64,000 bases of DNA from Bacteroidales bacterium (GCA_046329965.1 JAXLTR010000005.1:371385-435384), one strand, 5' to 3'; counted from the stretch's first letter, positions 48,013-58,899 are shown. Notes: generated by a model not told the origin, from the letters alone. Program-made: numbers and translations.

Positions 48013-51000
48013 TTATTGAATAAGGATAAAAGCTGCCCACAAATAAGGGTTTTCCCTGTATTTTTCCATCAGTTTGTTTTGTGATTTGAAAAAGGCTTCT
48101 CTCACTGAATTTCCTGAAAGCATTAGTTTATAAAATTCCTGCATTAGTTCAGAGGTTTGTTCATCGGGCACCTGCCACAATGATATCACCAGGTAATTTA
48201 CCCCCGCCATTTTAAATGCCCTTTGTAGACCGAAAACACCTTCGCTGCCCCTGATATCGCCAAGTCCGGTTTCGCAAGCCGAAAGAACCACCAGTTTAGT
48301 GGCTGGAAGGTACATATCAGAAATTTCGAGTGCGGTTAAAATACCATCGTCGACCCCCTGGGGCAGATTTTTATTTTTCCAGACAGCATTGCCTCCCGAA
48401 AACAACAAACCGGATCGCACCAGCGGGTTTTCCGATACCATAAACTGCACCTGGAAAGGCTGTTGCTCAAACTCCGATTTTTCGTCCATTTCTGGAAAAA
48501 AGAAGCCATGTGTAGCCACATGTACTATTTCCGGTGAATTTTTGCCATTAAGTGATTTAAAACTCTCTTCACTTGCATCCTGACCTTGCAAGAAAGTAAC
48601 ATCAGCCCCTGAATTTGACAATATTTCTGCAATCCCGCTTGCTTCTTCTTTGGTGCCGGGCAGGTACGACCAGTTGTAACCTCTTTTGGAAACCTCTGAT
48701 GATAAAACGGATTGGGGTAGGTTGACTGAACCACCTGGCACCAGGTATTTTTCAGCCTGAAGTTTCATTTTATCCGGTGAAGTATTGTAATCAATTCCTC
48801 CATAAATCATTACTTTACCATTCAAACCGGTTTTCAGGTGGTCGGACCTGCTAATGAGTAAAGCTGTTGAACTAACTCTGTTAATATTGAAAAGCTCGGA
48901 AAGGTATTTGCCCGAAGGCGATGCAATGGCATTAAAAGATAGCCTGTGAAGTAATCCGGACGGAGCCACAAATACTGTTTTTGTTGATTTAAGCAATTCT
49001 TCAAGGGGTTTCCAGATTAGTTTATAGATATAATAATCCTTTTTCTCTTCTCCGGCAACGGTCCCGTTAAGGGCATAAAAATTGTCTATGGAGGAGGGGT
49101 TTTCAGTAGTAAAAAAGATACAGTCAACTAGTTGCCTTTCTTCGCAAAGGTATACCAGTTTTGGAGACTTATCCCCGGGCCGTAAAACAAGGGCACAGTA
49201 ATATATACTGTCGGTCCAGCGATTCAATTCGCGGTAGTAAAAGCTAATGTATTCGATAGCTGCTTCGCCCGGTTCGAGATGTTTCTGAATGTCTTTCCAG
49301 GTAAGACTTTTTCCAATAACTGGTTCTGAAATTCCGGTTTTTTTGAGTTCACTGATAATTTTTTTCTCAAAATCATCAGAAATGTTTTCCAGGCTGTCTG
49401 TATTGACCGTTCTTTTGTCTATGGTAATTGTTTTTTGCTGCGCTATAATTTTCCTGGTGTTTAAAAGTTCGCGGTATAAATCCATAACATCCTGATTACC
49501 GGAATTTTCTATCTGATGCTGAAGTTTGAGGGAACTGTTTAGTATTATACCTTTATGAGCCAGTTCGTTATTGTATTCAAAACCTGCAATATCCGGTTTC
49601 TGCCTGTTGTATCTCAATGCAAAAGAATGGTAGATGTTGAAATTATAATCGGCCATTTTTAAGAATAATTCTTTTTCATTTTCATTCATGAAATTGAAAT
49701 TTCTGGAAATCTGCAGGTTAAGATTACTGCTGGCTTCTTTAAATAAAGGTTCTGCGAGGTTCATTTTCCCTGTTGTTTCATAAAAGGAGGCAAGAATGGC
49801 CAATGCATTGTTATAATCGGGATGTTCAGTGCCATATACTTTTTTAAAAATAGAAATTGCCTGTATATAAAGCAGTTCTGCTTTCTGATATTTTTTTTGC
49901 AACAGGTACAGGTCTGCCTGTTTTAAAATAGATATGGCATAATCGGGGTGCCATTCTCCCAAACTTTTTTTGTAAAATGCCGAAGTTTTCGATAAAATGG
50001 AGTCGGCCTTTTCAAATCTGCCTGTCAAAGTGTAAAGGCTCGCAAGGTTATCAGCAGACATGATATAGTCTACGTTTTCGCTGCCATTTATTGTTTTTTT
50101 TATAGAAAGGGCTTTCCTGTAAAATTCTTCAGCTTTAGTATAATCGTCCTTTGCTTCGTAAATGCTTCCCAGGTTATTCATCGATTGTGCATATGCCTGG
50201 CTGTTTTCACTGTAATAATCCTTAAATACCAGTGAAGATTCAAGGTATAGTTTTTCAGCCTTTTCATAGTTGCCGTTTTTCTGATATAAAACAGCCATCT
50301 CGTTCAGGGTATTTGCATAATCAGATACATTATTGCCTTGCTGGCCTTTGAGTATACCTATTGCTTCGGTAAGCAATGCTTCTGCTACGCCCAACCTGTT
50401 AATGATAACATATAACGAGGCCAGTTCTTTCAGTGAACGGGCATAATCTACACTATATTTTTCCTTGTTTTTTTTAAGGATATCAATGGCATTTAGGTAT
50501 AGTTTTTCTGCTTTGAAATAATTGGCTGTTTTTTTATAAACAAAAGCTGTTGAACCCAGAGATACAGCATATTGTGGACTGTCTTCGCCAAAATTAATCC
50601 GATCAATTTCAAGTGCTTTTTCATACATTGATATCGCCATTTCGTACTCACTCAGTGTATAATAAATACTTGCCAAATCGTAAAGTGCGAGTGCGTATTC
50701 ATCACTTTCGCTTCCTGCTGTCTCTTTCTTATTTTCCGCGATTAGGGTATAAAATGGGAGGGCAAGGTCGTAATAGTCAGCTTTATAAAACAGGGCGGCA
50801 ACATTTTCCAAAAACGACTGGTAATCTTTGTTTTTGTGCCCCCTGATTTCCCTGTACACCTCAAGAGCTTGCTTGTAAACCGCGGCTGCCAGTGTATAAT
50901 TGCCTGTATTGACATAGACATAAGCCAGGTTACTGAGTGCTGTCGTGTAATCGGTATTGGACTTATCATAACGTGTCTTTTCAATTTCAACAATCTCTAA

Positions 51001-51396
51001 ATCAAGCGGTTTTTCCTTGTCATATTTCTTTTCGAGGTAATAAATGGCTGAGAGCCTTTTGTAAAAGTAAAGCAGTTTGTCCTTATCCAAAGGATTTTTC
51101 CCTTTCTCAAGGTCAATTAGTTGTTCCCAGGCATTTTCCGATTTTCCGTAATCTTTGGTTTTTTCATACAAAATGGCCAGCTTTTTCAGCGATAAGGCAT
51201 AGTTATTGTGATTTTTGCCATATTCTTTTTCGGCAAGTGCCAGCGCTTTTGTTGTAATTTCAATTGCTTTTCCGTATTCACCCTGGTAGTTAAGCTGGAT
51301 TTCCTGCTTATTAAGCGATTCCCAAGTTTCGTTTTGAGAATATAGTTTTGTCTGAAATAGCAGGATTGACAAAACAAGGATAAAATTTTTAATCAT
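48013..51396 (-). CDS. secreted TPR-repeat protein with C-terminal CHAT (caspase-like) peptidase domain
   Basis: 1127 aa. Signal peptide. About 12 TPR units. C-terminal CHAT block with His (IVHVATHGFF) and Cys (VVLSACETGLG) dyad. Confidence 0.75.
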   Translation of the reverse strand: MIKNFILVLSILLFQTKLYSQNETWESLNKQEIQLNYQGEYGKAIEITTKALALAEKEYGKNHNNYALSLKKLAILYEKTKDYGKSENAWEQLIDLEKGKNPLDKDKLLYFYKRLSAIYYLEKKYDKEKPLDLEIVEIEKTRYDKSNTDYTTALSNLAYVYVNTGNYTLAAAVYKQALEVYREIRGHKNKDYQSFLENVAALFYKADYYDLALPFYTLIAENKKETAGSESDEYALALYDLASIYYTLSEYEMAISMYEKALEIDRINFGEDSPQYAVSLGSTAFVYKKTANYFKAEKLYLNAIDILKKNKEKYSVDYARSLKELASLYVIINRLGVAEALLTEAIGILKGQQGNNVSDYANTLNEMAVLYQKNGNYEKAEKLYLESSLVFKDYYSENSQAYAQSMNNLGSIYEAKDDYTKAEEFYRKALSIKKTINGSENVDYIMSADNLASLYTLTGRFEKADSILSKTSAFYKKSLGEWHPDYAISILKQADLYLLQKKYQKAELLYIQAISIFKKVYGTEHPDYNNALAILASFYETTGKMNLAEPLFKEASSNLNLQISRNFNFMNENEKELFLKMADYNFNIYHSFALRYNRQKPDIAGFEYNNELAHKGIILNSSLKLQHQIENSGNQDVMDLYRELLNTRKIIAQQKTITIDKRTVNTDSLENISDDFEKKIISELKKTGISEPVIGKSLTWKDIQKHLEPGEAAIEYISFYYRELNRWTDSIYYCALVLRPGDKSPKLVYLCEERQLVDCIFFTTENPSSIDNFYALNGTVAGEEKKDYYIYKLIWKPLEELLKSTKTVFVAPSGLLHRLSFNAIASPSGKYLSELFNINRVSSTALLISRSDHLKTGLNGKVMIYGGIDYNTSPDKMKLQAEKYLVPGGSVNLPQSVLSSEVSKRGYNWSYLPGTKEEASGIAEILSNSGADVTFLQGQDASEESFKSLNGKNSPEIVHVATHGFFFPEMDEKSEFEQQPFQVQFMVSENPLVRSGLLFSGGNAVWKNKNLPQGVDDGILTALEISDMYLPATKLVVLSACETGLGDIRGSEGVFGLQRAFKMAGVNYLVISLWQVPDEQTSELMQEFYKLMLSGNSVREAFFKSQNKLMEKYRENPYLWAAFILIQ

Positions 51397-51473
51397 AGGG
51401 TTTGATTTTATGTGATTAAGGTTAACCTGTAATGTTTACAATTTACACATAATTCACGAAAAAAGAACAGAAA

Positions 51474-52235
51474 TTACCATAATCTGTCAAAATGGTAACC
51501 TTTGATTTTCAGGTTCCTGATCAATTCATCGAGGTAAAAGTATAGTTTATCGGTTCTTGCCGCATCGCAGCCGAAATGAATTAAAAGATGAAAACCATTC
51601 AGGCCATTGGGTTGGTTTAATTCATAATCGTAAATCTTTTGCAGTATGGTTTTGCTGTCCTGGTAATTGGCCATTTCAGGTGTAGTGTAATCGGCATTGG
51701 AGGAAGTACCGGGGGTAAAATTAACCACTGTAAAACCCTTCGATTCAATAAGTTTGACAACATGCCGGTTATACCATTCATACGGAGGCATAAAGTATAC
51801 TGCATCTTTTTTCTTTATTCCAAACTTTCTCATTTCATGATAGTTGGCCCTCAGATCTTTAATTATTTCTTCATCACTCACCAGCATCGAATCGCGATGG
51901 ATCCAGTCGCAGTAAAGCAGGTGTTTATTTGAATGAGCGCCCAGGTAATGGCCATTTGCCTTAAGCCGGGCAATAATGTCGGGAAAATGCCTGTAGAAAT
52001 CGCCCGTAAAAAAGAAGGATGCTTTAACCTTGTTTCTTTCCAGGATAGGGATAATGGAATCTTTTCCATCGGCAAAATCGTGGGCGGTAAACATAAGGTA
52101 AATAACTTTGCTATTGGTATCGGCCCTGAAAATAGCGCCGCATTCGTCTTTTAAACCTGCGTTGTGGGCAATATACTGCGCCTGACCATGAAGTAGGTTT
52201 AAACAAGCCAAAAATATGCAAAAAGGTATTTTCAT
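51474..52235 (-). CDS. polysaccharide deacetylase (NodB/CE4-like) family protein, secreted
   Basis: 253 aa with signal peptide. NodB-like segments (VIYLMFTAHDF ... ASFFFTGDF ... GAHSNKH). Confidence 0.5.
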   Translation of the reverse strand: MKIPFCIFLACLNLLHGQAQYIAHNAGLKDECGAIFRADTNSKVIYLMFTAHDFADGKDSIIPILERNKVKASFFFTGDFYRHFPDIIARLKANGHYLGAHSNKHLLYCDWIHRDSMLVSDEEIIKDLRANYHEMRKFGIKKKDAVYFMPPYEWYNRHVVKLIESKGFTVVNFTPGTSSNADYTTPEMANYQDSKTILQKIYDYELNQPNGLNGFHLLIHFGCDAARTDKLYFYLDELIRNLKIKGYHFDRLW

Positions 52236-52294
52236 GATGCCCGGTTAAAATCAAATAATTTAGAGATACATAAAACGCAATGCGTTAAATCATA

Positions 52295-53707
52295 TTAAAA
52301 AAGCCACCATTCGGCCTTTACGCCAATATAATAACCCCATCGCTTTTCACCCACATAGCTAAGATATGGCGAGTAAAGGGTTTTCATGGCCTGATCGTTA
52401 TAACGCCCAATGGAAGTAACAAATCTAAGATGGGGCCTTGCCCATTGGTCCTTTCCACCTGTTGGTACAAGCGTTGGCGCAAGCGAAAATTTGAGGAGAG
52501 AAGCTTTGTCCTGCGTACCATCTGTGCGCGCCGCATAATGCACTTCGGCCAGCAGGTGAAAAAAACGGCTCAGGTAAAAAGTACTTCTGGTTCCCAGGGT
52601 AAAATCCTTTTTTCTGTTGTATACTTCCTGGCCAAAGTAGGTTGCAGACAAATTATCACTCTCAGCAGCGCCATGGCTCAGGGTATAAATCAGGTATGCA
52701 TTTAGCGTATACAGTTTGCTGAGATTTAACAAAATTTCATCCACCATTGAAAATGACCAGGCCGATTTGAATTTACCGGTTTCGAGGTTCGGGGCTCCAA
52801 AAGTAAGCCAGGTACGCGACATGCCACCATCACCTCCATTGGCAATTCGTCCGCCATAGCGCAAAGCAAACTGGTTATAGGAACCTTCGGTGAATTTTGG
52901 CAGTTTACGGGTATGCCTTACGCCAAAAACATAACCAAAATCGGAAGGGTAATTTAATGGACTGCCAATTGTGTCAGCATCAGCATTTGCATTGGCCAGC
53001 CGATGAAATTCACCAAGAAAAGTAAGGCTGCAATCATCGCACATTTGTACATCTTGTTCAAGAACAAGCACCACCCTTTGTCTGAGGGCCAGGTTTGGGG
53101 TTCCTGTTTTAATATTGAGATAAAAATAAGGGGGAACGGTGGCGTTGGTATCTGTGGAAGAGATGAAAAGAGTGGCAAAACGGGTGGATTTATATTCAAT
53201 GCCAAAACCCTGACCGGAATGATCGTTAAAATAAAAATGATCGGCAATATGAATATCAGGTCCGCGGTACAATCTGGCTCCAATCCAGATATTTAAGTCT
53301 TTGCCGGCAATGTGGCGGGCTTCGGCAAATAATTCAGGCACAGCCAGGGTAAGCCCTCCCGCCGAAGAAGTTGAGGAATTTCCAAAAAGACTGAGGCTTT
53401 GCGAGTAAAGGGCAAACCGCATCTGCACGTTAACAATGGTACTGTCGCCTTTGGCAGGATTAAATTGGAGTGCCGGGGCAAGTTCAAGGTAATCCTGTTC
53501 TTCCATGCGGCCACCGATGCTTCCCATATTGTTCAGGTTAAGCCTTCGGCCTATTGATCCGCCATTTTCGAACGACCAGTCTACACCCACACGCCCATAC
53601 GAACCCAGGCTGAATTTTTTGTTTTCCACTTTCTGATAAGCATTCTGGGCAGGAGTGTAAAACACAGATAAACAAATAATTAAGAACGATAAAAGAAGAT
53701 TTTTCAT
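52295..53707 (-). CDS. putative outer-membrane beta-barrel porin
   Basis: 470 aa. Signal peptide. Alternating amphipathic beta-strands. C-terminal aromatic residue (ends WWLF). Confidence 0.4.
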   Translation of the reverse strand: MKNLLLSFLIICLSVFYTPAQNAYQKVENKKFSLGSYGRVGVDWSFENGGSIGRRLNLNNMGSIGGRMEEQDYLELAPALQFNPAKGDSTIVNVQMRFALYSQSLSLFGNSSTSSAGGLTLAVPELFAEARHIAGKDLNIWIGARLYRGPDIHIADHFYFNDHSGQGFGIEYKSTRFATLFISSTDTNATVPPYFYLNIKTGTPNLALRQRVVLVLEQDVQMCDDCSLTFLGEFHRLANANADADTIGSPLNYPSDFGYVFGVRHTRKLPKFTEGSYNQFALRYGGRIANGGDGGMSRTWLTFGAPNLETGKFKSAWSFSMVDEILLNLSKLYTLNAYLIYTLSHGAAESDNLSATYFGQEVYNRKKDFTLGTRSTFYLSRFFHLLAEVHYAARTDGTQDKASLLKFSLAPTLVPTGGKDQWARPHLRFVTSIGRYNDQAMKTLYSPYLSYVGEKRWGYYIGVKAEWWLF

Positions 53708-53755
53708 CGGGTTAATTTTTTGGTTTAATGGTTCTGGTTGTTAATAGTTACAATT

Positions 53756-54304
53756 TTATTCTTCTTTTCGTTTTAAATACTTTGCCGGAACATGGTCGGT
53801 AAGCCAGACCCCGTTTTCGGATAAATAGAATTTAAAATTGTCCCCGAACATTGATTTGGCCATGACTATAAAAACAAAAGGTTTTCCATGCCTTTTCCCA
53901 ACGTTTGTTGCCGTTTCAATATCGCTGCTGAGATGAACATGGTGCCTTTTGCGCTTTTCGAGCCCTGATTTTAAAATAGATGAAACTGATTTTTCACTGG
54001 TTCCGTGGAACAGAAATTCAGGCGGCTGCTTGCTTTCGTAGCCCAGTTCAACCGATACCGAATGTCCCTGGTTGGCGCGTATCCTGCTGAAAGATTCGTC
54101 TATGGCAAATCTCTTCTTAGGATTTGTTTCAACTATATGTTTTAAAAGTGCTTTTGTGAGTTTTATTCCTTGTTCGTTTGATTTTTCAATTAATGTATCA
54201 ATATCAGTCCATCCATTACTGTCGAGCTGAATTCCAATGATTTCAGGTTTATGCCTTAAAACCAGGCTTAGAAATTTACTTATATTTATATCATTTTTAT
54301 CCAT
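53756..54304 (-). CDS. kptA: RNA 2'-phosphotransferase (KptA/Tpt1 family)
   Basis: 182 aa. N-terminal ISKFLSLVLRHKPE...GIQLDSNGWTDID and central LFHGTS ... RHHVHLS match Tpt1 conserved blocks (LRH, HGT, catalytic R/H). Confidence 0.7.
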   Translation of the reverse strand: MDKNDINISKFLSLVLRHKPEIIGIQLDSNGWTDIDTLIEKSNEQGIKLTKALLKHIVETNPKKRFAIDESFSRIRANQGHSVSVELGYESKQPPEFLFHGTSEKSVSSILKSGLEKRKRHHVHLSSDIETATNVGKRHGKPFVFIVMAKSMFGDNFKFYLSENGVWLTDHVPAKYLKRKEE

Positions 54305-54409
54305 ATTGAGTTATGATTAACAATCCCCAAATCAAAATTGGATGAATAAGTGCGATTAAAAAAACGGTTTTCAAAAAATTAATTAACCAATCCTATTTCG
54401 TATATGAAA

Positions 54410-57400
54410 TTATTCCATCTCCAACCTTATTGATTTCACTTCAAAAGGTTTAAACAATAACTTTGTAATACCCTGGTTTATAATTTCTTCATGTGCATTT
54501 ACCTCGCTAATACTTTTTAGTTTGTTTTCAGCAATTATTGATGATAAATCCAGCTCAGTCTGTTTGCCGGACAATTCGCGAAGGTTCAGTACCACTGCTT
54601 TTTTATTCAGCGAAGGTTTGGCAATGGTAAGCAGGATTCCGGGCGCATCAATTTTAAGGAAGGATTTGGTAACAGTCGGATTCTTATCGTTTGATGCCGG
54701 TAAAACCCTTGTAAGTAAAGGAATACGGCTATTCCAGCCAAACCTTCCGGCATTTTCTTCCAGGTTATTAGATTGTGAGCTGATTTGGTATTTCCATTTG
54801 AGTTCTCCTTCCTGGTAGGCACGGAAATTGGTTGTCCAGTAATTGTTTAATACCCACGAGTAAATAACCGGTTTATCGTGTTTTGCAATGCGTTCAAATT
54901 TTCCGAGGTTAATTTCACTCAGTTGTACCAAAGGAATTTCGGGGCTTGTAAACAGGATTTGGTTTTTTTTGCCCTGCAGTGCAATGTACGATTGAAAAGC
55001 ATTCCAGTCGGACGAGGTACCTTCAAGTTGTTCCTTGCCGGGGATAATGCTGCCGCCCGGAACTTCGAACCTGATGTTGCCGCTGTTTTCAGCAAAAGGG
55101 AAAGCAACATAAACCCCTTCGGGCTGGGTAACTGCCAGTTTTTTCATCGACCACAGGAGTTCAAGCAGTTTTTGATTTTTATACAGCCTTATTTCGCAGG
55201 TAATAGGTTCATTGCCGGCACATTCAACCGATTTTCCTGAAATGAAAACAGATTTCCACAAAGGGCCTTCCTCACAGCGAAGAATTTTAATATTTGACCA
55301 TGCTTTTCGGGTGAATTCCACAAGTTTGTACTGCGACAACTGCTGACGGTTGTTGCCCAGGCGTTCGTATATAAACTGCCCCATTTTCCATTCACCGTTG
55401 TTTCCGGCCAATTCCATGTTCAATTCCTTGTCGAAAAGACTTGAAATGGAGCCATTTACAGTATCCACCTTTAAATCGTACCAGGGATTGCTCAAAGTAC
55501 CATCAAAATTCAAACTTTTAACATAGCTGGTCAACTTGTCCTTCACTTCAATCCTAAAGGTTTTATAACCAAAGGCTGGCATTTTGTCAATATAAAAAGC
55601 CCAGTAAACCCCTTCTTCGCGACTTCGCACAGGTTGTGCCAAAACCTGGTTTCCCTGGTCGTCGGTAATTATAAACTCAGCCCCTTTCGGGATAATTTCA
55701 CGATCGATATATACTTCGCAATAGCCGGAACGCTCCCAGCCCATAGTATTAAAAACCACCAGAGAAGGGACATCTGTGCGTTTAAGGTAAGGCTGGAACA
55801 AACCCATGGCTTCTTCGCGGAGCATGCGGTTACGCTTAACGGCATCCCAGGCGTATGCTGATTTTTCGCCCCATTGTACCATGCTGTTTTCAACATAGGG
55901 ATCGGAAATACTTTCGGCAGCCCCAAAGGTATGTTCGTTGTAAAATGCCAAATCATCAATTATTGCCTGTATCCTGTCCTGTGTAGCTTTGGATGTCATT
56001 GATCCCGAAAGGCACGACATGGAAAGCAAACCGCGTGTAGCTGTAAAATCGGCCTGTGTAAGCCTGCTCTGACCGGTTTCGAGGCAGGCAGTACCAAAAC
56101 CATCGGTCCACCAGTCGGGCCAGGCAGCTTTGTAAACAGGAATACCAGCTGGATTAAGTTCTTTTATTTTATCCATAAATTCAGAAAAAACTGAAAGCCT
56201 GATTTTGGGCCATTCGTATTTTTCGTTCCATTGTTTCACCAAATCACAGGCAAGGGTCGAAGGAGGCGAATTATCGGTATGGTAGCCACTGAACTGGATG
56301 GAGTAATAATCAAACGGATAGCCTTTCTGGTAAATATCGTTAAGATGCTTAAAAAGGCCATTTTCGAGTGTTGATACATTCTGGCTTAAAATGCCGACAA
56401 AATTACCTGTCATATAATGTTCAGCACGGAAGGCCAGAATTTTATTGCCCGATTTTGATTCCCACCAGAAAATCGTAGGATTATCGAAAGGTTTCAATGC
56501 ACGGTCGGTGTTTTCACCCATGCTCACATACTGAATTCCGCATTGTGTAAGGTTGTCAATAAGGCTCCAGCCCAGGCCGTTTACATCGTTCTGCATGGCA
56601 GTTTTAACAGGAATGCCCATTTCTTTGAACATCTTAACAGGAAGCAGGATATCCATAAGCGAAACTTCGTCGAACAGTTCCGACATGTTAAAGAACAAGC
56701 CGGCAACTTCTATGCGTCCTTCCTTAATACGCCTGATAAGCCTGTCAACCTGCTGTTTCGGGCGGGTATTGATGTATTCGCGCACCGCCCAGCTACTTTC
56801 ACAGGTCCAGCGGAATTTTGCATCATCGGGGTAATTATCGGTCTGATCGCAATAATCGAGCGCAAAATCAATATAGCGGACATGTTCGGGTAAAATTTCT
56901 GTCTGGGGCTTGGTATAGCCGATATCCGTATGGGCGTGCTGGGCAAAGAAAATGGTACGGTGCTTCACGGGATTTAGCGTAAAAGGCAGCTCCACCGGCT
57001 TGTTTTTACCGATTGAAACAATTGCCTTAAAGTTTGTTGGCGCCGATACTTCTGGTAAAAGCAGGTCAACCTGGTTGTAACCGGTTTTGAGTGTAAATTT
57101 TTTCGACACCTGGCCCGGAATTTCTATTTTTCCGGCAGATTCGCCCAGGTGGTTTATTTTAACAATTACAGGCTGAAATCTTTTTCCGTTTTGTTTCAGA
57201 AGCGCTTCCTGCTGCACGAGTTCAACGCTTTCCTTTACTTCGGTTTTAAAGGTCATGTACCACGAATTGCTTTGTTCGTCGACGCTTTTAACGGAAATAA
57301 GCTGGCTTTGCCCTTTGTTTACCCATTGAGCGGGAACAGTTAAAATCATATACCCCATCGGGTCGCCAAAACGATCGAGTATGGAGGGCGAAAGGGTAAG

Positions 57401-57790
57401 CACAGCCCCGTTTTCGCCGGGTATGTCGCGCGTATTTTTTGAGGAAGTGAGTGGGTTTTTAAAGACCACGCATTTTTTATCGTTAAGGTAAAGGGTAAAG
57501 GGATGAGAATCGGGGGTGGCATCCATTCCAAAAACCCAGATAAAGCGGATGGTTTTATCATTGAAACTGGCCGGAACCACAGCGGTTTGCCACGAAATTT
57601 CGTCTACATTGCTGTTGGCCCTGATGAGCAGTGAAGTGTTCACATCGGGAAAAGGCGAATGATAGCTAAAATCGCCGCCTTTTACAGAATTAAGGTAGCC
57701 ATTGACTAAATTTCCCGAAAGGGTGTTTTGTGCCCTTGAAATATTGAAAATCAAGGTACCCAGGATACATAGGAAAAAGATTTTATTCAT
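54410..57790 (-). CDS. glycoside hydrolase family 38-like protein (putative alpha-mannosidase), secreted
   Basis: 1126 aa with signal peptide. FFAQHAHTDIGY resembles the GH38 N-terminal H.H.D.GW metal-binding motif. Family-level call only. Confidence 0.45.
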   Translation of the reverse strand: MNKIFFLCILGTLIFNISRAQNTLSGNLVNGYLNSVKGGDFSYHSPFPDVNTSLLIRANSNVDEISWQTAVVPASFNDKTIRFIWVFGMDATPDSHPFTLYLNDKKCVVFKNPLTSSKNTRDIPGENGAVLTLSPSILDRFGDPMGYMILTVPAQWVNKGQSQLISVKSVDEQSNSWYMTFKTEVKESVELVQQEALLKQNGKRFQPVIVKINHLGESAGKIEIPGQVSKKFTLKTGYNQVDLLLPEVSAPTNFKAIVSIGKNKPVELPFTLNPVKHRTIFFAQHAHTDIGYTKPQTEILPEHVRYIDFALDYCDQTDNYPDDAKFRWTCESSWAVREYINTRPKQQVDRLIRRIKEGRIEVAGLFFNMSELFDEVSLMDILLPVKMFKEMGIPVKTAMQNDVNGLGWSLIDNLTQCGIQYVSMGENTDRALKPFDNPTIFWWESKSGNKILAFRAEHYMTGNFVGILSQNVSTLENGLFKHLNDIYQKGYPFDYYSIQFSGYHTDNSPPSTLACDLVKQWNEKYEWPKIRLSVFSEFMDKIKELNPAGIPVYKAAWPDWWTDGFGTACLETGQSRLTQADFTATRGLLSMSCLSGSMTSKATQDRIQAIIDDLAFYNEHTFGAAESISDPYVENSMVQWGEKSAYAWDAVKRNRMLREEAMGLFQPYLKRTDVPSLVVFNTMGWERSGYCEVYIDREIIPKGAEFIITDDQGNQVLAQPVRSREEGVYWAFYIDKMPAFGYKTFRIEVKDKLTSYVKSLNFDGTLSNPWYDLKVDTVNGSISSLFDKELNMELAGNNGEWKMGQFIYERLGNNRQQLSQYKLVEFTRKAWSNIKILRCEEGPLWKSVFISGKSVECAGNEPITCEIRLYKNQKLLELLWSMKKLAVTQPEGVYVAFPFAENSGNIRFEVPGGSIIPGKEQLEGTSSDWNAFQSYIALQGKKNQILFTSPEIPLVQLSEINLGKFERIAKHDKPVIYSWVLNNYWTTNFRAYQEGELKWKYQISSQSNNLEENAGRFGWNSRIPLLTRVLPASNDKNPTVTKSFLKIDAPGILLTIAKPSLNKKAVVLNLRELSGKQTELDLSSIIAENKLKSISEVNAHEEIINQGITKLLFKPFEVKSIRLEME

Positions 57791-58032
57791 GTAAATGGTT
57801 TATTATTCAATTAAATTCGAATTAAAATAATGACAAGCAATTTACAAAAAAGGAGATACATCCAAAAAAAGCAAAGATTAATTCAATTATCAAATAAAAA
57901 GTACTTTTAAAAATAGAGTTATTTTAAAAATCAGGTTACATAGGAATGTATAGAACTATAATAACAAAACAGGGCGGATTTGAAGATTTTGTGGAGTGCC
58001 GAATTTGTCTTAAACTGATGATAAAGCTTACT

Positions 58033-58899
58033 TTAGAATTTTAGGTTTTCAATATCATCTCTGGTCAATCCGGTTAATTTAATAATTAAGTCTGATGGCA
58101 AGCCTTCTTTTAATCCTGTCCTTGCAATTTCAATCTTTTCCTCAATTTTTCCTTCCATCTTCCCTTCTTCTCTAGCCGTTTCCAAAGAATTTTTAATATC
58201 CCTGTAGTATTTTAAGCTATCTTCATATTCCTGGTATTCTGTTTGGCTGAATTTAGCAATTTCAGCAGTTTCAAACAGTTTCAGGAAAATGTTTTCTTTA
58301 AGTTTTTCAGGAATCCTATCAAGCTTATGAAGGTTTTTTAAAATGAACAACCATTTATCAAATTTTGTTTCAAGCTCTTCTGCCGATTTATTGAACTTAG
58401 GCATTTCTAAATAAATAAAAGTCAGCTTATCGTAAAATATCTTTTTTGTCTGGATGTCAGAGAGTTTAACATCATATCTCAGTTTTTCGGGCTGGTTCTC
58501 ATCTTCGTCGAAAATAAAGTCAAGTATTGCAATAGTGTAAACTTTTTTCAGTTCAAAATTCCATTCACTGCCAATTACAGCCTGTTCTCTGATTGGAAAT
58601 GTTGAGTAGTATACAGTTCTGTCCTTAAAGAATTTCTGCTTTGTTTTTTGTAATTCAACTATAAATTTTTCGCCCCGTTCGTTTGTGCAATAAAGATCAA
58701 AAATGGCTTTCCTATTCAATTCTGTGGTGGAAAGGTTTTCGTTTTTTAAATAAGTTAATTCAGTTATTTCACCTTGTTCCTGTCTGAGCAATTCATTCAG
58801 AAAGTCAAGCAGAAGGTCTTTGTTTGGCTCTTCACCAAATAGCCGCTTAAATCCGTAGTCAGTAAAAGGGTTTATAAATTTTTCCCTGAATTCGTACAT
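58033..58899 (-). CDS. PD-(D/E)XK nuclease family (Rpn/YhgA-like) putative transposase
   Basis: 288 aa. N-terminal PFTDYGFKRLFGEEPNKDLLLDFLNELL typical of the Rpn/PDDEXK_7 family that is abundant in Bacteroidota. Confidence 0.7.
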   Translation of the reverse strand: MYEFREKFINPFTDYGFKRLFGEEPNKDLLLDFLNELLRQEQGEITELTYLKNENLSTTELNRKAIFDLYCTNERGEKFIVELQKTKQKFFKDRTVYYSTFPIREQAVIGSEWNFELKKVYTIAILDFIFDEDENQPEKLRYDVKLSDIQTKKIFYDKLTFIYLEMPKFNKSAEELETKFDKWLFILKNLHKLDRIPEKLKENIFLKLFETAEIAKFSQTEYQEYEDSLKYYRDIKNSLETAREEGKMEGKIEEKIEIARTGLKEGLPSDLIIKLTGLTRDDIENLKF

